Part shown: positions 11,544-22,388 of the stretch, piece after piece
Position numbering within the stretch: the stretch's first letter is position 1
How the letters are laid out: the number at the start of each line of letters is the position of its first letter
From: Strigamia acuminata
Lineage: Eukaryota
NCBI GenBank assembly: GCA_949358305.1
Contig: OX442314.1
Location: forward strand, 7,316,001 to 7,380,000
DNA: 64,000 nucleotides
Direction of reading: 5' to 3'
The notes under the pieces: generated by a model
Databases searched by the model: none
What the model was told of the DNA's origin: nothing
The model's input: only the letters and a program-made list of their open reading frames with translations
Made by a program: the position numbers and the translations under genes

Positions 11544-12789
11544 ACTCCAATGGAGTAATTGTATGCAAAGATTAGTCAAAGAACATTTTGTCAATTATGG
11601 ATAAATACTATACACATCATTGTGCATAATAATAATATTTAGTTTTTCCTAAATAATCTGGATGAAGAGGTTAACATTTTGGCACCTTTGACTTTAACGT
11701 ATGATTGGTGGAATTTAGTAACACTTCGAGCACTTAAGGCAATAAATAAAACAAATAATACTTACATGCTTTTATTTTGACTTATTTTGATTTTATGAAA
11801 TAGACTATACGAAGAAATACAAAGAAAAATCCATGTGAGCAAAACAAAAGTTCTTATCTCAAGTGTAAAAATGCTTGCATCCAAAACAATTTGTTTCAAA
11901 CTGTTAACTGCAGGTAAGCTAATCCAGACACATCTCAATTACGATTTTATTCTGTTTGCAACACAGTTGTTCAAAAAACACCTAGCCATTTCAGTTCAGT
12001 TACATGCTACAGTTGTTTGTAAATGTTTCAGATTACCTTATTTCTGGAAGCCGGACTTGCCAGTTTGTAACACAACAACAGAAATTACAACCACTCATTT
12101 AATGTATTTAAAGAATTTTGACTCAAATCACAAACAATGCAAATGTAGACTGCCTTGCGAAAATACTTTTCACAAATTTGTTTTGCATGGGAACGAAAAT
12201 AAATTATTGCCTTTTTCTGCCACATTAATACATATTGAATTCTCTGATACTTTCTTAGAGAGTATAGAAGAGCAACAGGCGTATCCACTATCTCAATTGT
12301 TAAGCGATGTCGGTAGCATCATAGGATTGGGTTTAGGAATGTCTTTGCTGTCTTTCTACATTTGCGTTTTAAACACTTATACTTGGTGTAAGAATAAGAG
12401 CTTTTTGATGTGGTTCCAAAAGAAGAAATAAAATATGAAATTGTTAAAGCTATCTATGCGCAACAACAATTTAAATCTTTTTCAAATGTTAGTTCTAAGC
12501 TTAAGTGTATTGCTAATCGTTTACAGTTGTTCATTTCAAAGCTAGTTTATAATGCCACAAAATTAAATTGTTGCACTAATTTTTGCACAAAACGTCTGTT
12601 CACAATGCAGCGAAATATTGTTGTTACTCAGAGCTCTACTGCATATTAATGTTAAAGTTGCTTAGCAACGTTCTTAACATGCAATAAGAACTTGTTCAAA
12701 AATTTTTACAACGTTACGGTGTAGTAAAGTTTGCTACTTTTGCACTTCAAAATAAACTCTCTACAATCATTGAGTTTTCACATCAGAAT

Positions 12790-12950
12790 TGAGGTAAATA
12801 TAAGTATACATTGTTGGAGAGTATAGAAGAGCAACAAGTTTATCCAATGTCTCAATTGTTACGCGATGTCGGCGGTATTGTAAGATTATGTTTGGAATGT
12901 CATTACTGTCTCTCTATATCTGCATTTTAAACAGTTGTAATTGGTATAAG
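12790..12950 (+). pseudogene. Degenerate duplicate of the terminal (TM2) ENaC exon; second example at about 55327-55485
   Basis: Translates LESIEEQQVYPMSQLLRDVGGIV, then a frameshift, then GMSLLSLYICILN. Confidence 0.8.
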
Positions 12951-14124
12951 ATGCAATTAAATATAACTATGTTAAAAGTATCCACATGTCACATATTAGT
13001 CCTAAGTTTAAAGAGGGATAGGCTGGCTCCTATATTTTTAAGATATAAAATGCACAGTAGTTTTTAAAAGTTACATTTGTCACAAAGTTTATTACTTCAT
13101 TTGCTGCGATCCGGGTTTTTATCCACTTAATTTCTAATAAATTAAGCAGAAACCGCAGGTGAATGCTATAAAAGACTTACAATCGGCGGCCTTAAACTTG
13201 TCTAGGGTTAAGTTTATTAAGTAGGAAAATAAAGACACAATTTTTATGATAAAAATCACACAAATTCTTTATTAAGTTAAATACAATGAAATATAAAATA
13301 TATTGACTAGTTGAAATAGGAAGAGCGACAAGTCGCGTAACAATTTGAGCGGAAAACAATGGAAGGGCTTGCAACGACTGTTGCAAGCTACAAAGCGCTA
13401 AAATGGCGCTTAAACAACACACAGTTGTTAGGCGAAGGCGAATTGTCTTCGTTCTCTGAACTCACGAACGATGGTCGAAGACGATGGTTCTCGTGGGCTC
13501 CTTCTACGGCTCGTGCGACGGCTCGGCGGCGGTGGTTGACGGCTGTAGGCGTCTGGTCCAGGTACGATGGCGATGGTTGCCGTTCGCGCGGCAACGATGG
13601 CGATGGTTCACTTGGATCAGGAAACTTCTTCTTCTCGTTTGCTGGAATTAGCTTCGGCTAATTCAAGCAGGATAGCTGGCTTTGTAATTCGTTACAAAGC
13701 AAGCTGGTGAAACTTGGAATACACGGTCCACTATCAATACGTATTGTCGGAGCAGATATCGCAGTGATGTTGTGGGTTGTGTATTTTTGTCAAGAGTCCC
13801 GATTTGAGCCAAGACGCGAGCCCAGCACGCTTCAATATTGCGCAGAAAACCTGCGCACTTAGCTCAAGTGGGTGCAACTAGTGGTTATTACACCATATTG
13901 CACCATAACGGCTAATAACCGTTTTCACCCCGGACAACCTGGGGTGATATGTGCCTAGAGAGGATTTCTCCCCTCGGTCACATGATCTGACTTGGCGTGT
14001 GCCACAGTCAAATTAATTAGAAGACAATTAATTTTATCTTCTAAGTTGGTGAAATATTTTGAGATCACCACACATCCCCCCATTTAAGACGAATCTTACA
14101 TGGAGAGAAAATGAACGAACCAAT

Positions 14125-17100
14125 TTATGATTCGTCCATGTTCTGAGTTCGCTCAGGCGTCAACGGGCGCATCATATCCGTGGTGTCGTCCCTCGGGTTG
14201 GACCGCTCGTTAACCGTACACAGGTCGCGACCTGCGTTTGGTCCGGAGACCATTCCAGGGTTGACATGAAGCCAAACCTGGATGATTCTCGCCGAGTTTG
14301 CTCGGTTGAAAAATCCTAGCGCCGCAAACTCTATGGGATCCTCTGGCGCCAATCGTGCTCTCAGGAGTCGATCGTGGAGCACTGATGGTGGGCTTAACAC
14401 CCGGATGTGGTCCTCGAGCCACATAAACACCTGCCTCGACAACTTGTGGTTGTTGCTAAGCAGTGTTCGCGTATCCGGCGTCAAATAGAAGTGCGGATAC
14501 AGGCGCATCAGGGTCTTGAAAGCCGACTCTTTTTTCAGCGGCTTGACCTTCGTCTCCGGCTTGGCTGGCGGCGGCGGCGGACGTGAGTCTTCCGTCGTGG
14601 CATCGTCAAAATGGCTCGGCGAGCCCAAGAAAACCAACGCGGGTGCGGAGGTTGACGAGGGTGTGACGCCTCGCCCCTGCGCTCGACCCACACCGGGGAG
14701 CTGACGGGTTTCGACTTCCCGTTGAACTCCGGCAGGAGTTGGAGAACTTCTCGGGTTCTCTTGCCAAAACGAGCATCCAGCGCCTTCTTGGGCCGACTGA
14801 AAAACAGCCAGTGACGCAGCTGCTGTGGCGCTTGTAACTGGAAGCGGTGGTCTTCCGGCTATTCGCGCCGTGGCCTTCGCAAAGGACCACTCGGTTCGCA
14901 ACCGAACGGCGGCCTCTTCTTCGGTCTCACCGTTTGCTACGACTTGCTTTATTAGCTCGGCTAAGATCGTAGGCGGGTCGAGCCTGAGGTGGTACCACAG
15001 CTCGACTTTCTTCTCCGACAGGCCCATCGGCGCGGTCCAAAGGTACGTAATGGCCGCTAACGCCTGTCCTGGCGAAGGAAGAACACCAGGGTACAACACC
15101 CTAGTCATCCCCGGAATTAGCTGACGCTGAAAATCCATCAGGCGGGGATCATCAATGGTATTGATGTCGGAGACTTCTAGCCTTTCAGCTAGTCTCTGCC
15201 AGTCCTTCTGTGACTCGGCGATCTGGGCGCTTTGGTATGCGTCCAGCTTCTGGAGCACTTCCTGCTGCGCTCTAATGGGTTGCTGCTCGTAGCAGGTCCA
15301 TTGTGGGCCGAACGACTCACTGAAAAATGGCCGGAGTTGCAGGTTGCTAACTCCAGCCGGCAAGCGGGAAACATATCCTTGTTCGGGCAAGCGGCTAGCG
15401 TGTCCAGGTACAGGCACACTACAGTCGGGAGAAATATCACCGACGACACGTCTCATGGCGTATGGAGTAGCCGGGTTGTCCACTTTGAACGTGGAGGCGG
15501 TTCGGCTACTTCGGGCGGACTTAATTGTGGAGTCCGATTCGAAACTCAGCGAAGACGACGAGCCAAACGACTCTGGTGTCCGTCCTCGTCGCGACTGCGG
15601 GCGTGACGGCTGCACGTCAGTCGAATACGGGCGCGATCGCCTCTGTCGCTCCTCTCGATCGCGGCTTGATTCGCGGAACATTGGTCTGACTGGAACCGGC
15701 GGAGGGAGTTGCCCCACCCTCAAATCCTCGTCTTGCGGCGGAGGATTGATGGCCGCTGGGGCCGGAATTTCATCTTCTCGATAAAAAGGGAGAGCGCAAC
15801 GCGCTTGCTCATCTGCCTCGTGAGCCAGTTGTCGATTTTCGTCGACGCGAAGCTGCGCTGCGGCAGCTCGGAGTGCTTTTGACGGGAAGAATCCCGGAAA
15901 ATCGTTGAAACACCCGGCGAGCGCCAACTGGTGGAGCTCGGTTTGTGTGACGGGAAATTGCGGGTTCCCGTCACGAACGGACTTGCGGTACCGTTGCACG
16001 ACTTCGCGTTGAGTCGTTTTGAGGTTCTTCCTCAATTGGGTGAGAGCACCGTAATTAATTCCGGTACTCTTTAGCGCTCTTCTGCGCTCGTGACGCTCTC
16101 GTGGCGTCACTGGCCACTGGTTGTGCAGCAACTCTGCTGCAAGCGGTCCTGGGGGGCTCTCGTCGAGCGTCCACTCGATTTCGTCAACTCCGTGGACGTG
16201 AAGGCGCTCGATGAACCGGCCTCTTGCTCCGAATCCTTGCAGCGCTGATCTGCTGAAGTCGTGGCGCAACTTCCACCACGTGTTGTTTGCCGTCTTCAGT
16301 CTTCTGATTTTTTCGGGCAACGCCGCTCGAAAAATCAGCGGGTGCTGAGTCGGCACATGATCGGGAAGCGCGAATGGCGTTTCTCGATCTCTCTCGATCT
16401 ATATTCGAAGAAAAATAAATAAATTAGTTTATTTAAAATAAACAAATAATTTCTTATTTGAAATATTTTTTAAGCTTAGCGCTTGTGGCTGTGAGTCACT
16501 AACAAGGGGAGAGCACCAATAAGCTATCACAGATTGTTATAATATTAAACAAGAAGGATTGTTATATCATGCTGAATGAGACCCTAAAATAATTTTATTC
16601 CATAGACAGCCAACAATGCAAACAATGAGCTCAAAGTTGGCACTATTTTGTCTGTGTATACATCAAATCTGAGCAATCAGGCCTAGTGTATGAATACTGT
16701 AAACAACAGTTGCTAGGTAAAAAATAGTCCCAAGATCCAAGTTCAATTTTATCATTTGAGATTCAATGATGTCATTTCCTCTTTTGATATCACATGACAT
16801 ATGACATCAGAACTTTGTTCAACAACATGACTGTCTTCATGAAGACAATAATAGTTTGTAGTGGTGGTCCAGTGGTTCAGGCAATGGACTAGGAATCTTT
16901 CCACACAGGTTCAAATCCTGGTGTGTGTGAAAATTTTTTACTTTTACTTTTTATTTTTTTTTAGCAGTAATTTTAATGTTTGTAATTTTATGTTTGTTTT
17001 TAGAAAACTTTAATTAATTAATTTTAATTTTTTAACAAACATAAAATTACAAACATTAAAATTACTGCTAAAAAAAAATAAAAAATAAAAGTAAAAAATT

Positions 17101-17786
17101 TTCACACACACCAGGATTTGAACCTGTGTGGAAAGATTCCTAGTCCATTGCCTGAACCACTGGACCACCACTACAAACTATTATTGTCTTCATGAAGACA
17201 GTCATGTTGTTGAACAAAGTTGTGATGTCATATGTCATGTGATATCAAAAGAGGAAATGACATCATTGAATCTCAAATGATAAAATTGAACTTGGATCTT
17301 GGGACTATTTTTTACCTAGCAACTGTTGTTTACAGTATTCATACACTAGGCCTGATTGCTCAGATTTGATGTATACACAGACAAAATAGTGCCAACTTTG
17401 AGCTCATTGTTTGCATTGTTGGCTGTCTATGGAATAAAATTATTTTAGGGTCTCATTCAGCATGATATAACAATCCTTCTTGTTTAATATTATAACAATC
17501 TGTGATAGCTTATTGGTGCTCTCCCCTTGTAAGGGATGTTGGTTGTCATGGCAACTCCCTTCGCACATGCTTGAAGCACGTGACTTTTATAGCCGCCATT
17601 TTTATTTTTTAGCGGCTTGTGTTTGAAGTCAGGAAAAGTGAATTTTCTCAATTTTTCTGACTGAAACACCAAGTGAAAATTATTTTACTAATTTACCCTT
17701 TCTTGTAACGATAACTGGGCATCGTTATTGGCTCCTTCCATCGGTATTTCCTCGTCCGCATGGAGGTTGACTTCGTCGTCTGCCAT
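14125..17786 (-). CDS. Spliced ORF3 of the Gypsy element, about 787 aa, function unknown (exons 17786-17697 and 16398-14125)
   Basis: The 743-aa ORF has no ATG start. Acceptor TTTTTCTTCGAATATAG lies 14 in-frame codons upstream. A 30-codon ATG exon (MADDEVNLHADEE...) ends AGG|GTAAAT; both ends are phase 0. Confidence 0.7.
16502..17530. repeat. Near-perfect inverted repeat: 497-bp arms, 35-nt loop (foldback/MITE-like)
   Basis: 16502-16998 is the reverse complement of 17034-17530, with two mismatches noticed. Possible TAA duplication at 16500-16502 and 17530-17532. Confidence 0.95.
16858..16940 (+). ncRNA. tRNA-derived Pol III promoter-like unit (mirror copy at about 17092-17174, minus strand)
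   Basis: A-box TGGTCCAGTGG (16865), B-box GGTTCAAATCC (16908) and a downstream T6. The cloverleaf is poor, so it is not called a tRNA. Confidence 0.55.
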
Positions 17787-18008
17787 TCGTTTTCTTTTTC
17801 GCGTCGGAAAAGAAATTCTTTCGGCTAGAAAGAATTAATAAACTATATTAAATATATTTATCGAATTTTTCTTTCAGAAAAATAACTTACAGTTTGCTGA
17901 ATCAAGAAAAACTGTCGTGCGGTATCGGAGTTGATGCATCCACTTCAAAACTTATCGGAAAAGTGGCTAAGTTCGTTGATTGGAGCAACGAACTTGTTTC
18001 GGTGACAC

Positions 18009-18077
18009 CGAATGACGTCACAAGTTATAACGCATTGTGAACGTTGTCATTCGAGTATTTACTACGAATGACGTCAC
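18009..18077. promoter_or_regulatory. Two CRE/ATF palindromes (TGACGTCA) in a 13-bp direct repeat; candidate internal promoter for ORF3
   Basis: CGAATGACGTCAC at 18009 and 18065, between the pol stop and the ORF3 leader exons. Confidence 0.4.
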
Positions 18078-18128
18078 GAGATTGCTCTCTCGGATCTTTC
18101 GGGTAAACCCAAAAGGTGAAAGTCAACG

Positions 18129-21100
18129 CTATGTCTTGACTCGCGGAACGCGAGATCTCAAGTTGTACTTTGACTTTCGCGAAGTACAATCCAACTTGTT
18201 TAGATTGTCATCAGCATCGTCTCCAATGTCAGATGAGTTATTTTCTTCATTGTTTGAAATTTTCTCTTTTTCTAAAAACATTTCCTTTTCTAGATTTTCA
18301 TCAAGAGAAACATTTTCAAGTCGCTTGTTTATTTCATCGACTTCGTTATTTTTGAGTTTCGATTTTTCACTCGATTCCGTGTTTTCGACAGGAATTTTGG
18401 ATAATTCAACATCATCCAAGGTATTAACAATATTTTTTGTTTTTTGACCCACTTCCTCCCCTTCCAGCCAAATTTCTTGGTTGAAAACGGGAAAGTACGG
18501 CATTAATTCAGTGCCGTGAACAGCTGGATAAATTTTATTATCACTCAGCCGTCGAAGTTGAAAGGCGCCTCCTTGTAATCTTTTGACAATTACATAAGGC
18601 CCATTCCTTTTTGGTGAAATGCCTGCTGCTATTCCTTTAGCGGCATTTGAGAGAATATGAGACTCTCGCCAGACTAAATCATTTTGTCTGAAGTTGTCGA
18701 ATTTCTTATCTGATTTTTCAGCTTCGACACGGCGTCTCAAATCTAAGACGTGAGACATCATATGCTGATACGTCTCTGCAATTATTGTTTCTAATTTCTG
18801 AACATATAAATGCGGATTTTTTGGGTCAATGACTAAAATTCCTTCCGGAATTCTTGGATCCCAAGAAATTCTTAATTCTCGGAAAAAATTTAAGAAAGCA
18901 GGAGAATAATCTCTGCCTCTTGTTACAGTTGTTCTCAAACTGAATGCAAATTCGCGTAGATACTCATCCCATTGGTCATGAATATCTAAATAAATCGAAA
19001 CTAAATATTTAATATCTCGATTGGTTCTCTCCACAGGATTGCTTTGTGGATGATAAATCGATGTCGGTGTTCGCGACATGTCGAATTTTTTGCAAAATTC
19101 TTTATAGACCTGTGATCGAAATTGTGGTCCATTATCACTTATGATTTGTCTCGGAAATCCGAAAGTCATCGATAAGTGATAAATTGTGTTGGCAACTTTT
19201 ATTGCCGTTGGATTACACATTGGAAATAATTCGGGCCAATGTGTAGCGACATCTACGATGACGCAAATGTGGGTATTGTTTCTTCTGGTTCTTGGTTTGG
19301 GACCAGACAAATCCACACTGAGGCAGTCGAATGGTCCAAATGGTCCAATTTGAGCGCCTTCAATTTCGGTCTTTGATCTCGGCTTGCAGGCCTGACATCC
19401 TTGACAATGTTGAATAAAACGTGTAATATCACGTTTCATACCTTTCCAGGTATAAACTCTTCGAGTTCTGTACATTGTCCTCGCAATGCCTGGGTGGCCG
19501 GACAGTGGATGTCCGTGCATCAACCATATGATTTTATAAATCAATTTCTTTGGCACAACAACTTTAAGCGCCCTACCATCCTCTCCTAATTCATCGGTAG
19601 AGGTAGGATGATAATGGAGTAACATATCTTCTTCAATGAGATAAGTACTCGCGTGTCTTTCAAAATTTCTTCTTTGAAGACGAGTTACTATGTAACTTGG
19701 ATATTGCTTGTTTAACAAGTAATTGCGAATATGTTGGCAAAATTTGTCTGCTTTTTGCGCCGCAATAATGTCATCTCTCGTTGGAGGATCACATTCTAAT
19801 TGCTTCGCAATTTTAGCCGCAAATGCTTTTATTAAAACATTTGTTGTTGGCAGCTCGAATTTTTTAGCCATCATGGCTCTTAATTCGACGTCAGGGGTTC
19901 CTGACGGATCATGCATTTTAATACAAAAATTAATTAATGCTTGATCGTCTTCATTAACTATTATTGACTTGGGTAATTCGTTCAATTTTCCCATTTGCCA
20001 ACTTCGGCAAGGAGATGGACAATATGATAATAAATCATCATTATCGCCATCGTCTTCTGGTTCGTCAGGTGCGCTAACAGGTGCACGTGACAATGCGTCT
20101 GCTATTACATTCAGCGGACCTTTGACGTATTGTATTTCGAACGAATACGCCATCAGCTCCATTTGCCAACGAGCTAATCTGCCCGACGGGTCAGATAACG
20201 ACATCAACCACTTAAGCGCTTGGTGATCCGTTTGTACAGTGAATGTAGTGTACTCTAAGTATGGGCGAAATTTGCGCAATCCCCATACTACTGCGAGACA
20301 TTCCAATTCTGTCACAGTATAATTTTTCTCTGCGGGCTGCAAGCTTCTGCTTGCATACACGCATGGCATTTCGACTTCTTGGCCATCCACATTTTTCTTT
20401 TGTGTAAGGGCTGCACCCAACCCTTGTTTACTGGCGTCAGTATGAACAATAAATGGCATGTACAAGTCAGGCATCTTCATTGTTTCAGCATTCGTAAGCA
20501 AGTCTTTTATTGCGTCGAATGCTGCTTGATGATGCAGTTCCCAATCGAACTCCGCATCTTTCTTCAAGAGTGGCCTTAGTGGTTCTGCCACTGTGGCCAT
20601 ATTCTTGATTAGGCGGTGAAAGAAATTCACCATGCCTAGAAATCTTTGTAATTCCTTAAGATTGGTAGGAGCAGGAAATTGCGTAATTGCAGCGACTTTT
20701 TTAGGGTCTACTGCAAGTCCTTCTACTCCTACTTTGTAGCCTAGAAAAATTAATTCCTTTCTACACAGATGCGTCTTGCCAGGGTGCGCATGTAAATTAG
20801 CTTCTGCCAATTTTTTAAACACTATATCTAAATGTTTAATGTGTTCTTCGAACGATTTGGATACAACAATTATGTCATCCAAATATGCCCATGCAAATTT
20901 TCTGTAAACGTTACCCAAAACTTTTTCCATCAATTCTTGGAAGGTAGTTGGTGCGTTTACTAATCCGAAAGGCATGACTAAAAACATTAGTCTTCCCATT
21001 GGGCTCCAGAAGGCAGTTTTTTCTCTGTCTTCAGGTCGCAATTCTATCTGCCAATATCCCTTGGTCAGATCTATAGTACTGACCCATTCGAATTCTCCGA

Positions 21101-22388
21101 TTTCTCGCAGAATTTCCTCAATTGTTGGCATTTGAGGTGGGTTGTACTTAGTATGTGTATTGATGGGGCGGAAATCAATGCACAAGCGTGGGTCGTTTCC
21201 TGGTCGCATGACTAGGACTGGCCGCATTCCGTAATCGCCTTCAGCTTTGACGACTACGCCTTTGTCAATCATGTCTTGACAAAGTTGTCTGATTATTTCC
21301 CTTTTTTGAGGGTTTATGCTCTTAAAGGGGGCACGGATGGGTTTCTCCGTGTCAAGCTCAATTTTGTGCTTAACCAGGTGTGTTTTACCTGGATCTTTAG
21401 AAATAATCCTTTTATGTTTGGATAACATCTTTTCTAATAATTTGGATTGCTCCAAATTTAAGTTAGCTTCTTCGACTAACTTTTGGATGAAATTCTCTTC
21501 ATCAATTTTGCCTTGAGTTACACTTGCAGCATAAGCTTTTGCAAAGGTCATAAATGAGGAATCGGGTTCCTCCACTTTCTCCAAATAACGTTCCAGCAAC
21601 GCTTGTGGAATGTAGGGTAAATCTGCATCCACAGGTTGCGTGAAATTCCAAGACATCGTCTGTGGATTAGGTTGGATTTTTAATTTATTCATAAAATCGC
21701 AACCCAATAGTACCATTGGATACTTATTTGGTATTACGATGAACGGATGACGTAATGTGCCATGTGTCCATCGAAATGAAAGATGGATGGTTCCATCTGG
21801 AGTGACTTCTTCACTAGCCGTCGTAACTCTGACACCAGGTCCGATAGGTCGTAGATATTTTTCTAGACCTAATTGATTAATAACTGAAGTGGCTAGGAAG
21901 CTCTTATTTGCTCCTGAGTCCAACATACCAGTTATTACACCTTTTAACGTTTCTAACTTTAACGTTGGAAGGTCATGGCTGTTTGGTATTCCAGCCACTT
22001 TGCACTCAAACTTGCGCAATTTATGATGAACTGTAATTGGAGGCTCCAAAGGCAGTTCGTCTAATAACTCATTGGTATCAAGAGTTGTAGCTGCAAATAA
22101 CTTAATGCACTCCTCAATTCCGGGTGTCTCTGGAACTGAGCTTGGTCTATCGTCTTTAACTTCGACTTTATCTTGAATATTGGAAGTGTCTTCTTCAGTC
22201 GGGGTTTCGCCGACAATCTCCTTTTTTACATCAAGAGATCCTTTTTCTTTTAGTTCTGTTTGACGAATTAATTCATCAATAACTTCTCCAACATCTTCCA
22301 TTATCTTCAGATTTTCATTCTCTGATTCCGATTTCGGAGGTGACGCAGCGTCCACTAGACCTGATGGATCTGCGTCTACAAGTTTTTT
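18129..22388 (-). CDS. Pol (PR-RT-RNaseH-IN), expressed by -1 frameshift from gag
   Basis: LDSGA protease, YLDD RT, TDASKQGLGA RNase H, HHCC and DDE integrase, GPY motif. The frame is open up to the slippery site. Confidence 0.93.
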   Translation of the reverse strand, partial: KKLVDADPSGLVDAASPPKSESENENLKIMEDVGEVIDELIRQTELKEKGSLDVKKEIVGETPTEEDTSNIQDKVEVKDDRPSSVPETPGIEECIKLFAATTLDTNELLDELPLEPPITVHHKLRKFECKVAGIPNSHDLPTLKLETLKGVITGMLDSGANKSFLATSVINQLGLEKYLRPIGPGVRVTTASEEVTPDGTIHLSFRWTHGTLRHPFIVIPNKYPMVLLGCDFMNKLKIQPNPQTMSWNFTQPVDADLPYIPQALLERYLEKVEEPDSSFMTFAKAYAASVTQGKIDEENFIQKLVEEANLNLEQSKLLEKMLSKHKRIISKDPGKTHLVKHKIELDTEKPIRAPFKSINPQKREIIRQLCQDMIDKGVVVKAEGDYGMRPVLVMRPGNDPRLCIDFRPINTHTKYNPPQMPTIEEILREIGEFEWVSTIDLTKGYWQIELRPEDREKTAFWSPMGRLMFLVMPFGLVNAPTTFQELMEKVLGNVYRKFAWAYLDDIIVVSKSFEEHIKHLDIVFKKLAEANLHAHPGKTHLCRKELIFLGYKVGVEGLAVDPKKVAAITQFPAPTNLKELQRFLGMVNFFHRLIKNMATVAEPLRPLLKKDAEFDWELHHQAAFDAIKDLLTNAETMKMPDLYMPFIVHTDASKQGLGAALTQKKNVDGQEVEMPCVYASRSLQPAEKNYTVTELECLAVVWGLRKFRPYLEYTTFTVQTDHQALKWLMSLSDPSGRLARWQMELMAYSFEIQYVKGPLNVIADALSRAPVSAPDEPEDDGDNDDLLSYCPSPCRSWQMGKLNELPKSIIVNEDDQALINFCIKMHDPSGTPDVELRAMMAKKFELPTTNVLIKAFAAKIAKQLECDPPTRDDIIAAQKADKFCQHIRNYLLNKQYPSYIVTRLQRRNFERHASTYLIEEDMLLHYHPTSTDELGEDGRALKVVVPKKLIYKIIWLMHGHPLSGHPGIARTMYRTRRVYTWKGMKRDITRFIQHCQGCQACKPRSKTEIEGAQIGPFGPFDCLSVDLSGPKPRTRRNNTHICVIVDVATHWPELFPMCNPTAIKVANTIYHLSMTFGFPRQIISDNGPQFRSQVYKEFCKKFDMSRTPTSIYHPQSNPVERTNRDIKYLVSIYLDIHDQWDEYLREFAFSLRTTVTRGRDYSPAFLNFFRELRISWDPRIPEGILVIDPKNPHLYVQKLETIIAETYQHMMSHVLDLRRRVEAEKSDKKFDNFRQNDLVWRESHILSNAAKGIAAGISPKRNGPYVIVKRLQGGAFQLRRLSDNKIYPAVHGTELMPYFPVFNQEIWLEGEEVGQKTKNIVNTLDDVELSKIPVENTESSEKSKLKNNEVDEINKRLENVSLDENLEKEMFLEKEKISNNEENNSSDIGDDADDNLNKLDCTSRKSKYNLRSRVPRVKT
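22342..22388 (-). promoter_or_regulatory. Programmed -1 ribosomal frameshift signal
   Basis: A AAA AAC (22388-22382) in the gag frame, a 5-nt spacer, then stem GACGCAG...CTGCGTC with inner TCCA/TGGA pairing. Pol is in the -1 frame. Confidence 0.85.

Larger units (their letters stand above)
901..12431 (+). pseudogene. Tandem two-subunit DEG/ENaC-like channel gene, copy 1; all exons present, one +1 frameshift in exon 1, TE-expanded introns
   Basis: Exons are colinear with copy 3. TM2 motifs LLSDLEGNLGLFLGISVIS and LLSDVGSIIGLGLGMSLLS. An extra T near 1083 (CACTTTATCAG vs CACTTATCAG in copies 3/4) splits ORFs 901-1101 and 989-1468; it could be a sequencing error. Confidence 0.75.

Noticed and set aside
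13192..13661. Short ORFs repeated at 25601-26070
   Set aside because: They lie in the LTRs and are duplicated only because the LTRs are.
14125..16356. ORF3 as retroviral Env
   Set aside because: No visible signal peptide, TM anchor or Cys-rich ectodomain.
16858..16930. Functional tRNA gene
   Set aside because: A and B boxes are present, but the acceptor and anticodon stems do not pair convincingly.
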